From: Octopus bimaculoides
Taxonomy: Eukaryota
Reading direction: 5' to 3'
DNA: 64,000 nucleotides
NCBI RefSeq assembly: GCF_001194135.2
Contig: NC_068994.1
Coordinates: 60,023,857 to 60,087,856, forward strand
Part shown: piece after piece, positions 51,890 through 64,000 of the stretch
Layout: each line of letters opens with the position of its first letter
Position numbering within the stretch: the stretch's first letter is position 1
The notes under the pieces: generated by a model
Told to the model about the DNA's origin: nothing
Seen by the model: only the letters and a program-made list of their open reading frames with translations
The model's database searches: none
Translations under genes and position numbers: made by a program

Positions 51890-52235
51890 GAGCAGCTATG
51901 GTTGTCGATAGGTGCAAGAACCAATGCAGTTTTAGATTCTATCCCACAATGCAGCACCTTAGGCAAAAGTCTTCTATTACCACACTAAATTGACCAATGC
52001 CTTTTAGTGTAGATTTGGTGGACAGAAATTGTATGCAACTTGTGGTATAGAGATGTGTGTGTGTGTGAACATGCATTTGTTTCTCACTGGTTCAGAACCA
52101 GTGTTGGTTTGTTTATGCTCCTATTAGCAGTTCAGTAAAAAGAGGCCAATAAGTACTAGGGTCAATTTAAATGATTAAACCCTTTAAGGCAGTGCTCCAG
52201 TATGGACACAATGCAATGCCTGGCATTAGTAAAAG
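51890..52235 (+). mobile_element. CORE-like SINE, decayed
   Basis: GCAGCACCTTAGGCAAAAGTCTTCTA central motif; GGCAGTGCTCCAGTATGG tail. Confidence 0.55.
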
Positions 52236-54949
52236 ACCAGAAGAATAACAGAGAAACAAAAGAACATCAACCAATCTGAGACTGGTGTGATCCTTTGATA
52301 CAAGATTGTGTCTTTTAAAAAGTGTTCATACATAGAATCATAGAATAGGATAAGACAGACATTAAGACTCTCTTTCATAATTTTATAGTTAAGAACATGT
52401 TCATATAACTACACCAAGGAATAAATGCATGGGTAGTTATTGGACCAAATTCTTCTAAATTCAATTCAAGCAACAGGAGAAACTCATGGTCACAAAAGAG
52501 CATTTTTTTTATTTAAAGCTAAAGTTATTAGAAATAAAAGGCAGTAGCACCTTCACTGGTTATATTATAAAAATAATATCAGCTTTATGAACAAATGTAA
52601 TTTTCCAGTTGAAGGATATATATGTATCTCCAAAAAAGATTAACATCTTGAAAAGTAATTAAATGTGTGGGGGGGGGGGGAGAATCAGGTGTATTCCATA
52701 AAATACTAAATGATACAGAAAATGTAAACTAAAAGGGAAAAAATCTGTACCGGGTCACAAAATAACTTTTCTCTGGAAACTATTAAATTAAGCAATAGAA
52801 TAAATCTCTTGTCCTCCGAAAGAAAATATGTAAGTTATTTTGAAATAAGGACACCATTGTTGGCAAAAACAAATGAATAGCCTAAAAATTTGCTACTAAG
52901 TGAAAAATATTTTGGAAAATGGTTTAAAGCTATAAAAATAGTTTGACTTTGAACCCAGAATAATAACATATGCAAGAGAAATCCGTAAAATTCCCTAATT
53001 AAATGGTAAAACATTTGATATTGAGTGAAGAATGTAAGCCAGCAACTCTTATATTCAACTTGGTCACTTCACTGACCAGTTTCAATTTACTGGATGATTA
53101 ACCAATTTAGAAATATTCAAAATTCCTGTAAGTTATTGGTTACGCACTTGGTCACCTCAAAACCTCAAGCAAAAAAATTAAGAATTTCAATAGAAATGGT
53201 AAACAGGGAAAAGATCAATGCTAAAGCTCTCACAATTGTTATTCCTTCCCAAATTTTTTTTAATGGGAATATTTAGTGAAAATTCCATATTATTGATAAC
53301 AATAGCTTAAATAGGAATAACTAATAAAATATCTCCGTTTTTTTTTACAGTAATAATCAGGACAAACTTTATAACAGAAAAGGTGCCTTCTGTATGAAGA
53401 ATATATAGTTAAGTGCAGGCTACGATAATAGTGATATACTGAAATGTTATGATTTCTCTCCTTTGCCCATTTTACAAAAAAAAAAAAACAAGCTAATGAT
53501 TTTTTTTTAATAGTTATGATGTTTTTATTATTATCAAATTTTTGGCTCACCACCTTAAGATATATGGGAAAATCCAATCTCATTCTCATTTGACTTTTCA
53601 CTGAATTCTTCACACACAAAAAATATACATCACTTGCTTTGAACTCTAAGTAGCTGAGGAGGTTTGATAACACTGAAACAAGTCTGATGTAGTCAGCAGA
53701 GCTACCAAACATTCATAATCCTCTCTGCATATTTCCATTTAATTTTGGCTCATTTGAAATTCTGAAGTTCTTTCTCTTTGAGTAACTTTTAATTCATGCT
53801 AATGAGATCTTTTCTCACAAAGGGTTCGAACTTCAACTGATTATGCCAGTTCACCACATCAAGTATGATAAGTTGCACTTAACAGTTTCTGTGTTACGTA
53901 TTTAACGGCAAAAGTTTTTCATCAAAATGCTTTTTTTCTCTATCTTCATAATGGATTACAACATTCACACAGGGAACAATCAAAACTTCTATAAAAAAAA
54001 AAACAACTTATTTCCAGTCTCTACTGGTTCAATAAAAACAAACAATAAAGTTTGAACAGTGAAATAAAATTGACAAAGCCACAAAACCTGGCTCTGCCAC
54101 TAACAGTGGCAGAGACATGTCATTTATTTACTGACAAATAGTGGACTCGGGAATTTCTCAAAATACCAGCAAAGACAAACCTTTACACAATAAACAAAAA
54201 AGACAAAGAATACACTTTAAAAAGAGGTTTCTTTGTATACTACTCAAAGATATAAAACTAAACATTACCAAGTGACTATTCTGGATTTAATAAGAGGAGA
54301 GAAAATGAGGAAATAAACACAAATTTTTCAGAAAACAAAAGTTGCAAACATTTTAATGCAATTGACTAAGATATTCAATTAGAACGTAAATTAATTAATA
54401 TAGCACTGAGGTGGAATTACCATTTGGTCTCCTAATCAAAGATAATGAAAACCAGGCAACAATATAAAGAAATACTAAACACAGAGCATTAAACACTAAA
54501 ATGATTTAAAGAAAAATACAATATTTGGACGATCAAGGAAAATCTTTTTAAAGAGAACAGATTAGCAAGATAAGCTAAATTAATCCCTTACTGTTTAGAC
54601 TGAGCTTGTTTATCCTTTATTTTGGATTATTTTCAGAAGAGTTAAGTATCATCACCAAACTGGTGGAAAGAGTAACAATTTCATTTAATTACAATCTGAA
54701 ACTAAATTAGGTTTTTGATTATTTATTCCCAATATGTTATAAAAAAAAAAAAAGAAGACAAAAACACCATTGCAATTAGTAAATGTCCAATGTCCAACCC
54801 TTATTTCTCTCCACAAACACATTGCTGCTGCCCCTACCACCCCAACCAATAGATTTTAAAAAGATTAAAAATTTACATTTCATGGAATTCAGAGATGAAG
54901 AGATAAATATTCTTTCACACACACCCACACACCCAGAGTGTGGGTTAGG

Positions 54950-55190
54950 ATACCATGTTGGTATGTGAAAAGCACCATCCAAATGTGGTTGATGCCAGTG
55001 CCACCTGACTGGCTCTTGTGCTGGTGACACGTAAAAAGCACCCACTACACTTTCAGAGTGGTTGCTGTTAGGAAAGGCATCCAGCTGTAGAAACCTTACC
55101 AGATCAGACTGGAGCCTGGTGCAGCCTGGTGCAGCCTGGTGCAGCCTCCTGGCATGGAAAACGGACGTTAGAATGATGATGATGATGTCT
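54950..55190 (+). mobile_element. RTE 3' tail with internal 10-bp triplication (GCCTGGTGCA)x3
   Basis: Tail motifs as at 18125, ending in (GAT)n. Confidence 0.75.
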
Positions 55191-58100
55191 CTGGACTGAG
55201 ATGCCTGGCGTCTTGCTGTACTCAAGACCTATGCTCCACAGCAGAAGTGCTGAAGGCCACTCACCCTGGTGAAGAGGATTGGCCTGCAAAAGTCCTGTGC
55301 AGATGCCACAAAAGAAGCACTCATGTTGGTGCCAGGTGGAGGGAATTCCAGAGAGTGAATATCATAAGGGGAAGGATGGGATATACTGAGAAGGGGAGGG
55401 GGATGTTTGGAACATTGTGAGTGATGGGAGGAGGAGGAAAGATAAGTTAGGTTTTAGAGTCGCTGAGTAAAGATGGTGTGGAACCGGTCAGCTCTTAGGA
55501 ACAGAGGGTATTATGGTGGCTTCAAAAATAGAGAAACTAGAAGCAGTAGCATATTTGTCAGTAAGAAAGAGTAGAACTGTGGAGTGACTTTCTGGCAGTC
55601 CATTGAACCACTCTTTATATGTAAGCTCATACCAGCTTCTTTTAGTTTAAACTCATTGCCAAATTGTATTGCCTTTCACTCAACAGCAACAGTACACAAA
55701 AGTTCCCATGGGTGACCACACCTCAACTCCTTTAGGATTCATTTAATGACTATCATTCATTGCTTAAACATGTCATATACAATAGTCATCCCATTAGCTG
55801 CTACTATTATTATAATTGAGCTATATATTCATTTGTTAATTAGATATGTGCTGTGTGTAAGTATATAGATACCACTACACTTCTTGTATGACCAAAGCTT
55901 GCACGAGGTACAACATATGGAGTTTCTATCAACACTCATCTTACATATCAAGCGGGGCCATCTCCCTAAAGGGACTTGGGATTTGTAATTCTTTTCCCTT
56001 TTTCTTATTTCTTACAAATACCTTTATTCAAAATTACCTTTAGATTATACATAATTATCTTAGCTAATCACTTTTACTGAGAAAATTACTCAAGGAATTA
56101 CTTTTAGATTTTAATCTTATATATGATCTTATAGCATGAGAAGTAAAGTTTAAGATAATTATTTTCTCCAGTTAATTAACAAATGTAGATAAGACAAGTC
56201 ACAAGTAAAACATTTCAACAATTTCTTCATTTTTCAATCTCACTATTTACTTTCCTCCAATAATTTGATGGTAGATCTGATCAAAGACTGAAACCTGCTA
56301 GAAACGGACAGAATTGAAGATCAGGTACTAATTCCCACTTTGCAACTGAAATTATTAACAGAGATTTTAATCTTTAGCATAAAATGCCTGGTTCTAATAG
56401 TCTCAGAAACCACTTTACAAAAGTAACTACTGTTGACCGTTCCAATCAGTATTTTATAGAAATTTTTCTTGGAAACTTGTTTTATTCTTCCTTCTTGCTT
56501 AATTGAAACAATCATCAAAGACTGTTTTGCATCCATTTTTGACAAATCTGAGAAACAACTGATTGTGCAAAAAGAACAAAATACAATAGACCTCAGTTAT
56601 CTGAATGAGATGGGTGGGGAGTACCATTTTGTTTGGATAACTGATTGTTTGGGTAACAGATCTGATTGTGAACACAGGAAGCCATAATTGCAAAACCTTG
56701 TATTTTTGTTTGATAATGTTTGGAGAAGCAAGTTTTGACTTTAGATATCAAGTGTAAAGAGTGTGATGCATAATTAAAACATTAATTAGTTAGACAGGGG
56801 AAAAGGGTGGGGGAACATTGCTGTAGTTGATGTTATTTTGTCCCAAATCAGACCAGATTGAATATACTAACAATGAAACACCTACAAATGTTTTGTTTCA
56901 AATGTGTAATCCCATTTTATTTCTATGATTATAATTAGACAATTTGGGTTTTTTTTTAATACATGGGGAAATTTGCAGAGGTTGAAGATCAGTTGAGTCC
57001 AACCAATGAATGTGAGATATTAACCCTCACAAAAGGCAGAGCAAAAGTTAGCCAAACGGTTTGGCATTAAAAACAGACATGTGGAGCAAATGAATGGTGG
57101 GTGAAAAAGTGTTGCGTTGACAGTGGAAACTGGCTGTGGGGAGAGGATTTGTCAAGAAGACACCGCAAGGAGAATAGATTACAAAAGGTTTGGTCTGGTG
57201 CATAAAATGGCTGCTATGATTGTGCAAAGCAAACTTATCTACTTCATGCTGTTATCTTGGAAAAAAAAATAGATATTTAAAAAAAAACTATGCCAAATGA
57301 ATTATAAAAGTATTTTGTTTGGAATTCTTTGGCTTCACATTACAACATTTTCTTTCTGACAACTTTTAAAGCCTTCATTCTAAATTACTTTTCATTTTAT
57401 CTCACCTGAATACATTTTTTTAAATAATAATGTTACACCTCTACAACTTTTTCTAAGTCTTAACTTTCTTCGTTGCAAATTTCCTGAATTACAGTAATTA
57501 GCCAATTAAATTTACTGAAAAGTACAAAGTCTTAAATTTTACTTTTCAATTAGATTGGGAGTTTGTTTTTTTTTTAATGTCACATTTCTTCAAACAGAAA
57601 AGCATACAGAGATACACACAGTGATACAGTCACACACATAGTGAGTAACACACAGTCACAACACACATACAGTTACATATAACCAGATACACACAATGTC
57701 CAACCACCACCACCATCACAACCATTTTTAATCCACTTGGTTGGAATGGTGAAACTTCAATCCAATTTAAATCTTCAAAATAAGGTAACAGGTACCTTTT
57801 TTAAAATTCAAATACTATAGCATCACATTCGTAGTTACTGTTACAACTCAACTGAAATTGGAGATTTTCAATGCATGACATGTTACTCTGACAGCTCTTT
57901 CAAATCAGTCACAATAAAAAATACAGGGAACATTAAAAACATAATCCTTTATGAAATATTTCAGTAATCTTTTATATTCTTAATCCAACATAACCTCAGC
58001 AACTTTGAAAACAGGGATTATTTCTCATATATATGCAGGAGTATTTTTCTTGTATATTTACATATATTACTGTTAGGTTGGTTTACAAAAGGACTTAGAT

Positions 58101-58964
58101 TCACAAACTATAAATCATTAGAGTCAACAAGAATTTTTTTAAAAGAAATTTTGAAAAGAAATTTAAGAAAAGATTTTTGTCAGTGTGGAGAAATGTAAGA
58201 GGGGGAGAGAGATAAGTGAACAAATAGAAATTTCATTGTGTTCTCCAAGTTTCTGTTATCTAAAGCCAAATCAATTTTTTAAATGCCTGCAATAAAATGG
58301 GATTAGTTCTAAGGAACAGGTGAAATCATTTAGAATTGGTGTAAAATATATAAATTTACAAAACTGATATAATAATAAATGTCCAGTTATATATATATAT
58401 ATATATATAGCTGGTCAGACCTGTGTAGCAACTGTTGGGACAGACCAAGGTGGATTTCATTATCATAATTTTTTTTCTTTTTTGAAAAATGAAAATATTT
58501 CAAAGGAGCGGTTTTTATTTATTTCTTATTCTCAGAATTAAGTGTCAAATACAATAACAAAATAAATAAATAAATGGGTGAAATGTTAGCATAAACAAAT
58601 CAAGCTGGAAGAAAAGCTAGACGTAACGATTAATAGAGAAACCTTGACAATGGCCATGTGACTCAATGGAAATGGATTGGTAGGTTCAAGTCAAATTTAT
58701 CTGACTTGGTATTTTCCTTCAACATTAAATACCCCAGACTAGCTCAGCCTCCAGTTAAAGAAAAATTTAAAACTATTTCATAAAAATCACAAGAAATTGT
58801 TCTATTTCTTGGCTCTAAATGTAAAACTGCAGACTGTTGGGTGTGACACAACTGTGTCTACAACTTGGTTAGAATCCAGTTAAATGTGCAGCTTGCACCG
58901 ACAAGAGTAAAACTGAATAAATTATGAAATAATATAGAAAAATAAGCTAACTAAATCACCTTAC

Positions 58965-59290
58965 CTATTAACGACAGCAACCGTGCACTTCCACAAATGA
59001 CTCGTATAAGAAGAAGAAAGCTTTTCAAAAGAGAAAAAACCCTGTCTTTTCTTTCTGTCTCCTTTAATCTGTCGCTCACAGGACACTTGTAGAGCCGGGT
59101 TAGCTTCTCTCTGTCTATAGTTTCACTTGCTTCTCCCTCTCAACCCACCCTTCTTCATTTGTTATAGTAGTAATAGCACAAACAGCACAGCAGCAAACAA
59201 CAACGTAGCTCTATTGTCAAAGCTAAGATTTGAATAGATTTACTCACTCCACATTCACACTGTTCTCAACTCACATCACGTACTGACATT
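58965..59290 (-). promoter_or_regulatory. Candidate adducin promoter / non-coding first exon(s)
   Basis: Donor AATAG|GTAAGG at 58964; second donor GGA|GTGAGT at 59247; Inr-like TCAGT near 59285; non-repetitive and locally CpG-retaining. The upstream boundary is uncertain. Confidence 0.45.
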
Positions 59291-60631
59291 TAGCTAATTC
59301 ACAACTTAGAACCAACACTGGCCCCCAAAATAATAAAATATATTCTCCACAGCAAATTTAATTATGAAGTACATTTAAAGTAGATTAGAAGATGTCAAAT
59401 TAAAATAACACAAAAAATTAAGAGGATCGGAGAAATCAATTAAACTGGTATGCTAATGCTGCTACTACATGTAGCCAGTGTTACTCATCAATGGTCTAGT
59501 GTTAATGTGACCTAATAAGGCCTGACTCCAATCTTATAAAAAGCCCTTTCACTATGGTAGTATGTGTAGTCTGTTCACATACCTCAAAGACAATTTCATG
59601 ACAATGACAGTGTGTTACTCAAAGCAAATACTTCCAATGACTGATCTAAGTACTTACAGTAAGGAATTTTGTCCCCATACCCACAAAAAAAAAAAAAAAA
59701 CCTCCCTTGAAATAAACTAAGGAGAATCTACTAATAAATTAACAAGTCATCATTACAATATCAAATGTAGTACTTCATTCATGAGAGTGGCTTTAGCAGT
59801 GGCTATATTAAGCGAAAAAATTAACAAGATGATGACAGACTGTATGAAAAAAAATGTCTTATTCTGTCATGGGGCAAAGAAAATTTTCTAGAAATGAAAC
59901 AAAAACAAATGGAAACCATTTTCTTGGGGATGATCTCTCTTTAATACAAAAAGATTAATGTTAAAATTTACTGATAATTGCCATTTACTTTCTTCAAATA
60001 AACACACCTGACACAATCTGTGGAGTGGGGGGGGGGGGGGGGGCCAACAATATCAGCAACCCTTATTATCTTGTACATGAATAATGGAGGTCATATCTTA
60101 AAGCAAGGACCAATGCATCTGATTATAGAACTCACAGTCATGAGTTCAAATCAAACTAGGGATTGATTATGACTCATGTTAACCAGAGTAGATTATGATA
60201 ATGCCAGTAATTATAGGTGCAGCTTAATTAAAACCACAAACCATAGTAATTTATCATACTTTTCAGTGGTTTCTGTCATGCTGGAACATTAGTTTTATTC
60301 TAATGACACAAATACTTGTTGCAGTCACACATTATACTGATATATTTATGAAACTGCTATATTGACACTCTAACATAGGAGGAGACACCGGTTTGCACTG
60401 ATAAACATAATTAGGCATGCACAGACAGACACACATACCCCAGTGACAGCAGAGGCTACTTAGAACTAATGGTCCATCAACCTGAAGTTGGTAAGGAAAG
60501 GTGGTTAGAGGCTATGAGGCCACTATCCCTGAACTGTAAGGTTGGGAACACTGTCCCCTGGCATACACCTTACTTTTCTATCAGTTACATGCACATCACA
60601 GTTATACACACACAAACACCATACTTATATG

Positions 60632-60666
<35 letters not shown>

Positions 60667-60939
60667 GATGTGTGGTACAACCATGCACCTGTTTAGGCAA
60701 TGTTGATTTGATAGAGGGAGTGAGATAATATACGGCACATACATTTGATCACTATAAATAAATCATTTGTGCTGGTCATTTAGCAAAAACTGGACACTCA
60801 TCTGTCATCTATGATGGGAGAGTCCATCATATATATCATCATCATCATTTAATGTCCATTGTCGGGTCTTCAAGCATGACATAATACCAAAGGTCTTGGT
60901 GATTGCCTCTGCGAGGCCCAATGCTCAAAAGGAACTCAG

Positions 60940-60996
<57 letters not shown>

Positions 60997-61189
60997 AACT
61001 TAATGTAAACAGCAGTTTGCAATGTGTCACCAAAAAGGGGAATTATAATTGTCACTAAATGTGCCTAGGGTGTTAGAAACACCTATATTACTAAAAATAA
61101 GAGCTAAAATGCTTTAATACTGATGTCAGCATTAAGAATTCTTGATCAGCAGTTTTTGGCTGATTAAGGTCCCTGTTAGTGTATGTGTT

Positions 61190-61214
61190 TACATACATAC
61201 ATATATATATATAC

Positions 61215-61289
<75 letters not shown>

Positions 61290-61462
61290 CATACATACAT
61301 ATATATATATATACATACATACATATATATNNNNNNNNNNATATATATATATACATACATACATACATATATATATATATACATACATACATATATATAT
61401 ATATACATACATACATACATACATATATATATATATACATACATACATATATATATATATAC

Positions 61463-61521
<59 letters not shown>

Positions 61522-61571
61522 CATACATACATACATATATATATATATACATACATACATATATATTATAT

Positions 61572-61603
<32 letters not shown>
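61190..61603. repeat. Compound (TA)n/(TACA)n/(CA)n microsatellite
   Basis: Direct observation; source of the spurious YI/YT-rich ORFs. Confidence 0.95.
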
Positions 61604-62364
61604 TCACAATCATTATTTTATGTCTGCTTTGCATTCTGAGTGGTTTGAGAGGATTTGACAAATGAGAGGACTACATCTCCAATATCACTGTTTTGACACA
61701 GTTTCTACAGCTGGATCCCCTTCCTAACAGCAAAAGCACTTTCAAGAGTGCAAAGCATTAAGGGAGTCTTATAATTTGCAAGATTTAAGGAAGAGAGAGA
61801 GTATGTGTGTAATGATTGTAGGCAAGATACTGAGAAAGGAAAAGATTTCTAGTGGGCGAGAGTAACAGAGCCAAGGCTATTGAGGATGGGAGTATGAAAG
61901 GGATGTGATAGAAAGGGGAACAGAGTCGTAAGGGTGATGAGGTGTATAAGGGGGAACCAGTGCTCCCCAAAATCATAAGAGCATGTGTAGAAGAAAAGTG
62001 TGAGAAGTGGATATGAAAAAGAAAAAAAAAATGAGAGTGGTGAAGACAATGGATGTGGACTGAAGAAGAGAACAGTGTTGAGGTGAGAGAAAACTCTACG
62101 GAGAGGACAATGAGACAAAAAAAGAGGTGGAAGGTGGAGAATACATAGAAATGAGGATTGGAATAGGATTATAGAGAAAGCATTTCAATGAGGAAGGCTG
62201 TGGAGAGATGGTGATGACAGAGAGGTAAAGGTGAAGTAGTTTATGAATGCAGCAAGAGCATCCCAACCAACAGTACTTTCTTCATTAACATTCTTTTTGT
62301 CACACTTGAATAAGAAAATGGATTTTTCTTCAGTACTGTTACATTGTTAATTGGTGCTGTCACC

Positions 62365-62930
62365 TTTGTAAGGCTCAGTATTTTGAGATTGGGTCTTACC
62401 ACTTCACCCCACGTCTTTCTACGTCATCATCTTCCACTGGCACCATCTGCTTTGAGCTGTTGGCACTTCCATATACAGCTGTCAGCATCTATGCATGTCA
62501 CATGCCCATAGCAATAGTCTTCTCTTTTGCAAACTACACAAGATTCTTCTATAAACAGTTTCTCTCTCTCTCTCTCTCTCTCTCAGATCATTTCATTGAT
62601 ACACTCGGAGATTTCACACCCAGTGAAGCCTTTTGGCTAGCAAGCTTAGTAGCCACCTGAATACTTTCCTTGGCTACTCTGCTTTCAGAGTAGCCTCTCT
62701 CTTGCTGCCAATTAGGTCGCTCAGGTAACTAAAACTCTTCACTACATCCAGAGAGCCATCTGTGCAACTGAGCAAATCAATTTCTCAGGTTCACAGTATT
62801 TTTCTATACACCCAGTACATATGAAGCCTAGTCCATCCATGGGATTCTAGTCACTCCTTTTCTACATACTGTGCATGACCAATTCCCCAATAGTATCAGA
62901 ATTCTGTCTTATCTACTCATCATATCTTTA
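62365..62930 (-). mobile_element. RTE-clade LINE RT C-terminal fragment
   Basis: Minus-strand frameshifted LDVVKSFSYLSDLI, RWLLSLLA, QKRRL..YGHVTCIDADSCIWKC and RKTWGEVV. Confidence 0.7.
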
Positions 62931-62952
62931 ATCTTATTTAAGTTTACTTTAA

Positions 62953-63174
62953 CCCTTTCGTTACCATATTTCTGTTGAGATGCTCTGTGTTTCTTTCAAT
63001 TAATTTTAAATATAACAAAGAATTTAGTAAAATAACTTTGTTGTCATTAAGTTAGTGTCAGGAACATAAACTGTGACTAAGGTGTGGTGGGAGATTTTAA
63101 CTCACAACTTTTGAAAACAAGACATTTGTACTCCAGAGCGAGAGGCAGTTCCAGGCTGGTTGGTATCAAAAGGG
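62953..63174 (+). mobile_element. piggyBac-type MITE, family 1
   Basis: TTAA|CCCTTTCGTTACCA...TGGTATCAAAAGGG|TTAA, 222 bp, colinear with 2297-2518. Confidence 0.88.
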
Positions 63175-63299
63175 TTAAGGCCCTTCAGATCCCAGGTTTT
63201 ACTTCCATATCTGGAATTTCTTCTTTAAACCTAAAACAATTTACCTTTTAAATTGTTTCACATTTAAATTTTTGTGTGTGTATGTGTGTGTACACACAC

Positions 63300-63450
63300 A
63301 CACAATTCTTACTTTGAAATGACCTCACTTGATACTGCAGATCATATGCAACAAGAAGGTTGTGAAACTTTTAACATTCAGGGACATATTTACCATTTAG
63401 TTAGGTTTGTCCTGCTCCTACTTGATGAAAGACTAAATTTCAACATCCAG
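63300..63450 (+). mobile_element. Possible Helitron Rep/Hel N-terminal fragment
   Basis: NSYFEMTSL...TFNIQGHIYHLV...DERLNF resembles the Helitron NSAFQMTSF...TFKVQGQVYH..PKF motif. Confidence 0.45.
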
Positions 63451-64000
63451 GAGAGTACCTGGAAGCCACTGCTAAGATATGTATAAATATATTCATGCTC
63501 TTTCAAATGGCACTGGTTAAAAAAACAAAAAGCCATTTCAACTGACTCAAAATGGATTCTTATATATTCTTCAAAAACTTCAAAAACGCTGCAATCACCA
63601 CACCAGTTGTGTTGTCACTAAAATCAAAGTGGTTAATATTGTAAAGGATGAAATAAAGACAAGAATGAAATTCAAAACTGATTCCAGCAGGATTTTTGGA
63701 GAGACAAAACTCAATGCTATAAGGTAGCAAATGCCACACACCACACACACCTCTTGAATGATATAATAATGACCATTTCCAGAAAATGGGAATGGTTTTT
63801 GTATAAAAGTCATAATGATGCAGTTTGATTTAACTGTTAGAATGTTACTGGTAATTTAACACCCCAAAAATGAAAGTCAACTTGGGGTATGGTGTGAATT
63901 AACAAGGCACTGATGAAGCTTCTAATGTGAATCAAAATGTTGCCAGTCATCCAGTCTGGCTTCATTTTGATAATCCTAATATTGGCTCACAGTAACATTA

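Noticed and set aside
61091-61665. YI/YT-rich ORFs
   Set aside because: Translations of (TA)n/(TACA)n repeats.

Overview
AT-rich, repeat-dense eukaryotic genomic DNA with eight N-gaps. The repeat families suggest an octopus or other cephalopod scaffold (inference). One protein-coding gene is supported: the 5' part of adducin (alpha-adducin/hts orthologue) on the minus strand. It has three GT-AG coding exons (43166-43100, 17983-17738, 6099-5951) that join in frame to 154 codons, very long introns (about 25 kb and 11.6 kb) and a probable non-coding first exon near 59 kb. The gene continues beyond position 1. The introns hold degenerate mobile elements: RTE, CR1/L2-group, R4/Dong and Tx1 LINE pieces, tRNA-derived SINEs, piggyBac, hAT and Tc2-type MITEs, a Tc1/mariner relic and a possible Helitron scrap. 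The most notable signal is hammerhead ribozyme (HHR) motifs. Two are minimal Penelope-type HHRs (6655-6701 minus; 40152-40197 plus). A third, different HHR at about 44200-44310 has helix II expanded into a 73-nt, roughly 29-bp pre-miRNA-like hairpin. All calls were made by eye; element boundaries are approximate unless TSDs, TIRs or splice sites define them.
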